Origin: a virus
Lineage: Duplodnaviria > Caudoviricetes
Length of the DNA: 47,813 bases
Direction: 5' to 3' (one strand)
Virus record (IMG/VR): IMGVR_UViG_3300016474_000772
Span: 1-47,813 of that record
This document shows, in pieces, positions 45,952 through 47,813 of the stretch. The translations under genes and the position numbers were made by a program. Under the pieces are notes generated by a model, which was given only the letters and a program-made list of their open reading frames with translations, had not been told where the DNA came from and searched no databases. Position 1 is the stretch's first letter. Every line of letters begins with the position of its first letter.

Positions 45952-47748
45952 TCAGTTTGTTATCCATGTACTAGAAAAACATAAATTACCCGATCCGGTA
46001 AAGGTATGAATCGTATTACCTGCAGCACAGGTTACAGTGCCACCGGTTGCTCTTTGTTGACCATAATATGATACTATGACTACACCAGAACCTCCTGTAC
46101 CACCTGCTAATGCAGGAGTTCCGGTAATACCACCTCCTCCGCCGCCCCCCGTATTAGTTAAACCGTTAGTACCAGCTGAAGGTGTTCCCGGTGATCCAGC
46201 GGAGGATCCGGGTCCTCCTCCCCCTAGGCCACCTGTTCCTCCAGGATTTCCTGCACCTCCGCCACCACCTGAATAATAACTTGGGACGCCATTGATTCCT
46301 ATTAGACAACCATTACCACCAAATCCTGCAGCTTGCCCACCACCATTGAACCCTGTTTGAGAAGCGCCTCCACCTCCACCTCCACCATTAGCTGCAGATC
46401 CTCCAGTACCACCATTATTACCCTGAGATGGTGTTGTTAAAGGTATGTTTCCTAATCCTCCAGTACATCCCGCGCCGGAAGCACCAGAGCCACCCCCGCC
46501 TCCTGAACCACCACTTAATCCTGAAGCTCCGGTCGGAAGACCTGCGCTACCTGCACCTCCACCTCCTGTAGAAATTATTGATAATACACCCCCTATTATA
46601 GAAGAATTCGTGCCATTAGATCCTTGATTGGTACTCCCAAATGTCGAGGTGCCAGCCCCTCCGCTCCCAACTGTAATAGTATAGTTACCTTCGGCTATAC
46701 TTACGCCATTACATGTTCGAAGGCCTCCAGCACCCCCTCCACCTCCTCCAGCAGAATTTGGGACATTACCAACACCTCCTCCACCGCCACCGGCAACTAC
46801 CAAGTAATTAACCGGGAATGGATATCTTGGATTCTTAATAAATGTACTACAAAATGTAAGATTGGCTGAAGATGTGAAGGAATGTATAGTATTACCACCA
46901 ATAAAAGATACGTTGCCACCTAGTGCTCTTTGAGGTCCAGGATAACGAATGATAACTATACCAGAACCGCCTTGACCGCCGACCGCTGCTGCGTAAGCTG
47001 GAGAACCTCTGCCTCCACCACCACCGCCACCACCTGTATTGACGGTTCCCGCTGTCCCTGCACCAGTCCCAGTATCAGAACCGTTTCCATCTCCTCCGCC
47101 GCCTTTTTGAGAAGTTGTGGCAGTACCACCACCAAGACCTGCCGGTGTGTTTCCATAAGCTCCTCCACCGCCACCACCAGCATAGTAGACAGAAGAACCA
47201 GTAATAGACGATGAGCTAGCTAAACCACCATTTCCTCCGGCAGAAGGGTTTTGCCCAGGCTGACCTGCTCCACCAGCTCCTCCACCGCCACCACCAGCAC
47301 CGCTAGTTCCATTTCCGCTTCCGCCAGCACTGCCTTGACCTAACGGAGAAGCTGCACCACCAGGGCCACCTAAAATGCCCCCGCCTCCAGAACCCCCAGG
47401 TCTGCCACTGCCATTAGTAGGCAGGTATCCAGGTGCGCCACCACCACCAGTTGATGTAATTGAAGCTGGCGATCCTATAGAAGATAAGCTACCATCACCA
47501 CCTGTGTTAGTTGTATTGGATGGTGAACCGCTTGCACCACCTGCTCCTACGGTTATGGTGTAATCAGTCCCCGCAGTTACACTAAGCCCAGCACCAGCCC
47601 TAAACCCACCGGCCCCGCCACCTCCACCATAACTACCACCACCGCCTCCTCCACCAGCCACAACCAAATACTCAACCGAAAAGGGGTAGGTAGGTAATTG
47701 ATCTATACACATACCTCTAATTTTATAGTTACATATTCTTAAACCCAT
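45952..47748 (-). CDS. Glycine-rich virion protein with two tandem Gly-rich domains
   Basis: Two copies of YPF.V.YLVVAGGGGGG...GGGGAGG...GGSG(I/V)VI..Y...HxFTxS. Confidence 0.8.
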   Translation of the reverse strand: MGLRICNYKIRGMCIDQLPTYPFSVEYLVVAGGGGGGGSYGGGGGAGGFRAGAGLSVTAGTDYTITVGAGGASGSPSNTTNTGGDGSLSSIGSPASITSTGGGGAPGYLPTNGSGRPGGSGGGGILGGPGGAASPLGQGSAGGSGNGTSGAGGGGGGAGGAGQPGQNPSAGGNGGLASSSSITGSSVYYAGGGGGGAYGNTPAGLGGGTATTSQKGGGGDGNGSDTGTGAGTAGTVNTGGGGGGGGRGSPAYAAAVGGQGGSGIVIIRYPGPQRALGGNVSFIGGNTIHSFTSSANLTFCSTFIKNPRYPFPVNYLVVAGGGGGGVGNVPNSAGGGGGGAGGLRTCNGVSIAEGNYTITVGSGGAGTSTFGSTNQGSNGTNSSIIGGVLSIISTGGGGAGSAGLPTGASGLSGGSGGGGGSGASGAGCTGGLGNIPLTTPSQGNNGGTGGSAANGGGGGGGASQTGFNGGGQAAGFGGNGCLIGINGVPSYYSGGGGGAGNPGGTGGLGGGGPGSSAGSPGTPSAGTNGLTNTGGGGGGGITGTPALAGGTGGSGVVIVSYYGQQRATGGTVTCAAGNTIHTFTGSGNLCFSSTWITN

Positions 47749-47757
47749 TTTGCCCTC

Positions 47758-47813
47758 TTAGTTAAGGTAAAAGCTACTGAAGCACAAATTGCCCGATCCG
47801 GTAAAGGTATGAA
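47758..47813 (-). CDS. C-terminal end of a further Gly-rich paralog (partial)
   Basis: Translates ...HTFTGSGNLCFSSFYLN*, matching the C-terminus of the 598-aa protein (HTFTGSGNLCFSSTWITN). Confidence 0.75.
   Translation of the reverse strand, partial: HTFTGSGNLCFSSFYLN

Noticed and set aside
43093-47563. Pro-rich + strand ORFs, and the other short antisense ORFs across the window
   Set aside because: Shadows of Gly-rich or codon-biased genes on the opposite strand; no SD or recognisable motifs.
45960-47813. Possible DGR template/variable repeat pair at Gly-rich gene C-termini
   Set aside because: Differences are mostly synonymous third-position changes, not adenine-specific, and no reverse transcriptase is in the window.
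1-47813. Alternative genetic code or stop-codon recoding
   Set aside because: All core genes are full length in the standard code and abut normally; the excess cysteines use ordinary TGT/TGC codons.

Overview
A 47.8-kb, AT-rich segment of a T4-like (contractile-tailed) phage genome. Positions 1-28113 (minus strand) hold the late structural block: the gp18 N-terminus, gp17, gp16, gp15, gp14, gp13, a long fibre, a split VrlC-like protein with a Hint domain, gp8, gp7, gp6, gp25, gp5, a hub protein, gp53 and gp48. Positions 28160-32303 (plus strand) hold gp4, gp2, a gp54-like gene, gp26, a gp51-like frame probably reached by a -1 frameshift, and a probable tape measure. Positions 32325-47813 (minus strand) hold gp32, gp59 and gp33, then an accessory island: heme oxygenase plus bilin reductase, an SleB-type hydrolase, an outer-membrane beta-barrel, an Aah/TibC-type heptosyltransferase, a circularly permuted two-piece tmRNA (tag ANDDYFYQDLKLAA), ahpC and ahpD split by a GIY-YIG homing endonuclease, a Cas4-like nuclease, a GH19 endolysin and a family of Gly-rich, Cys-sprinkled virion proteins. 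The ahpC/ahpD pair, the OMP and the heptosyltransferase point to a Gram-negative host, probably a betaproteobacterium (inference). All calls come from motif recognition by eye; no database searches were run.
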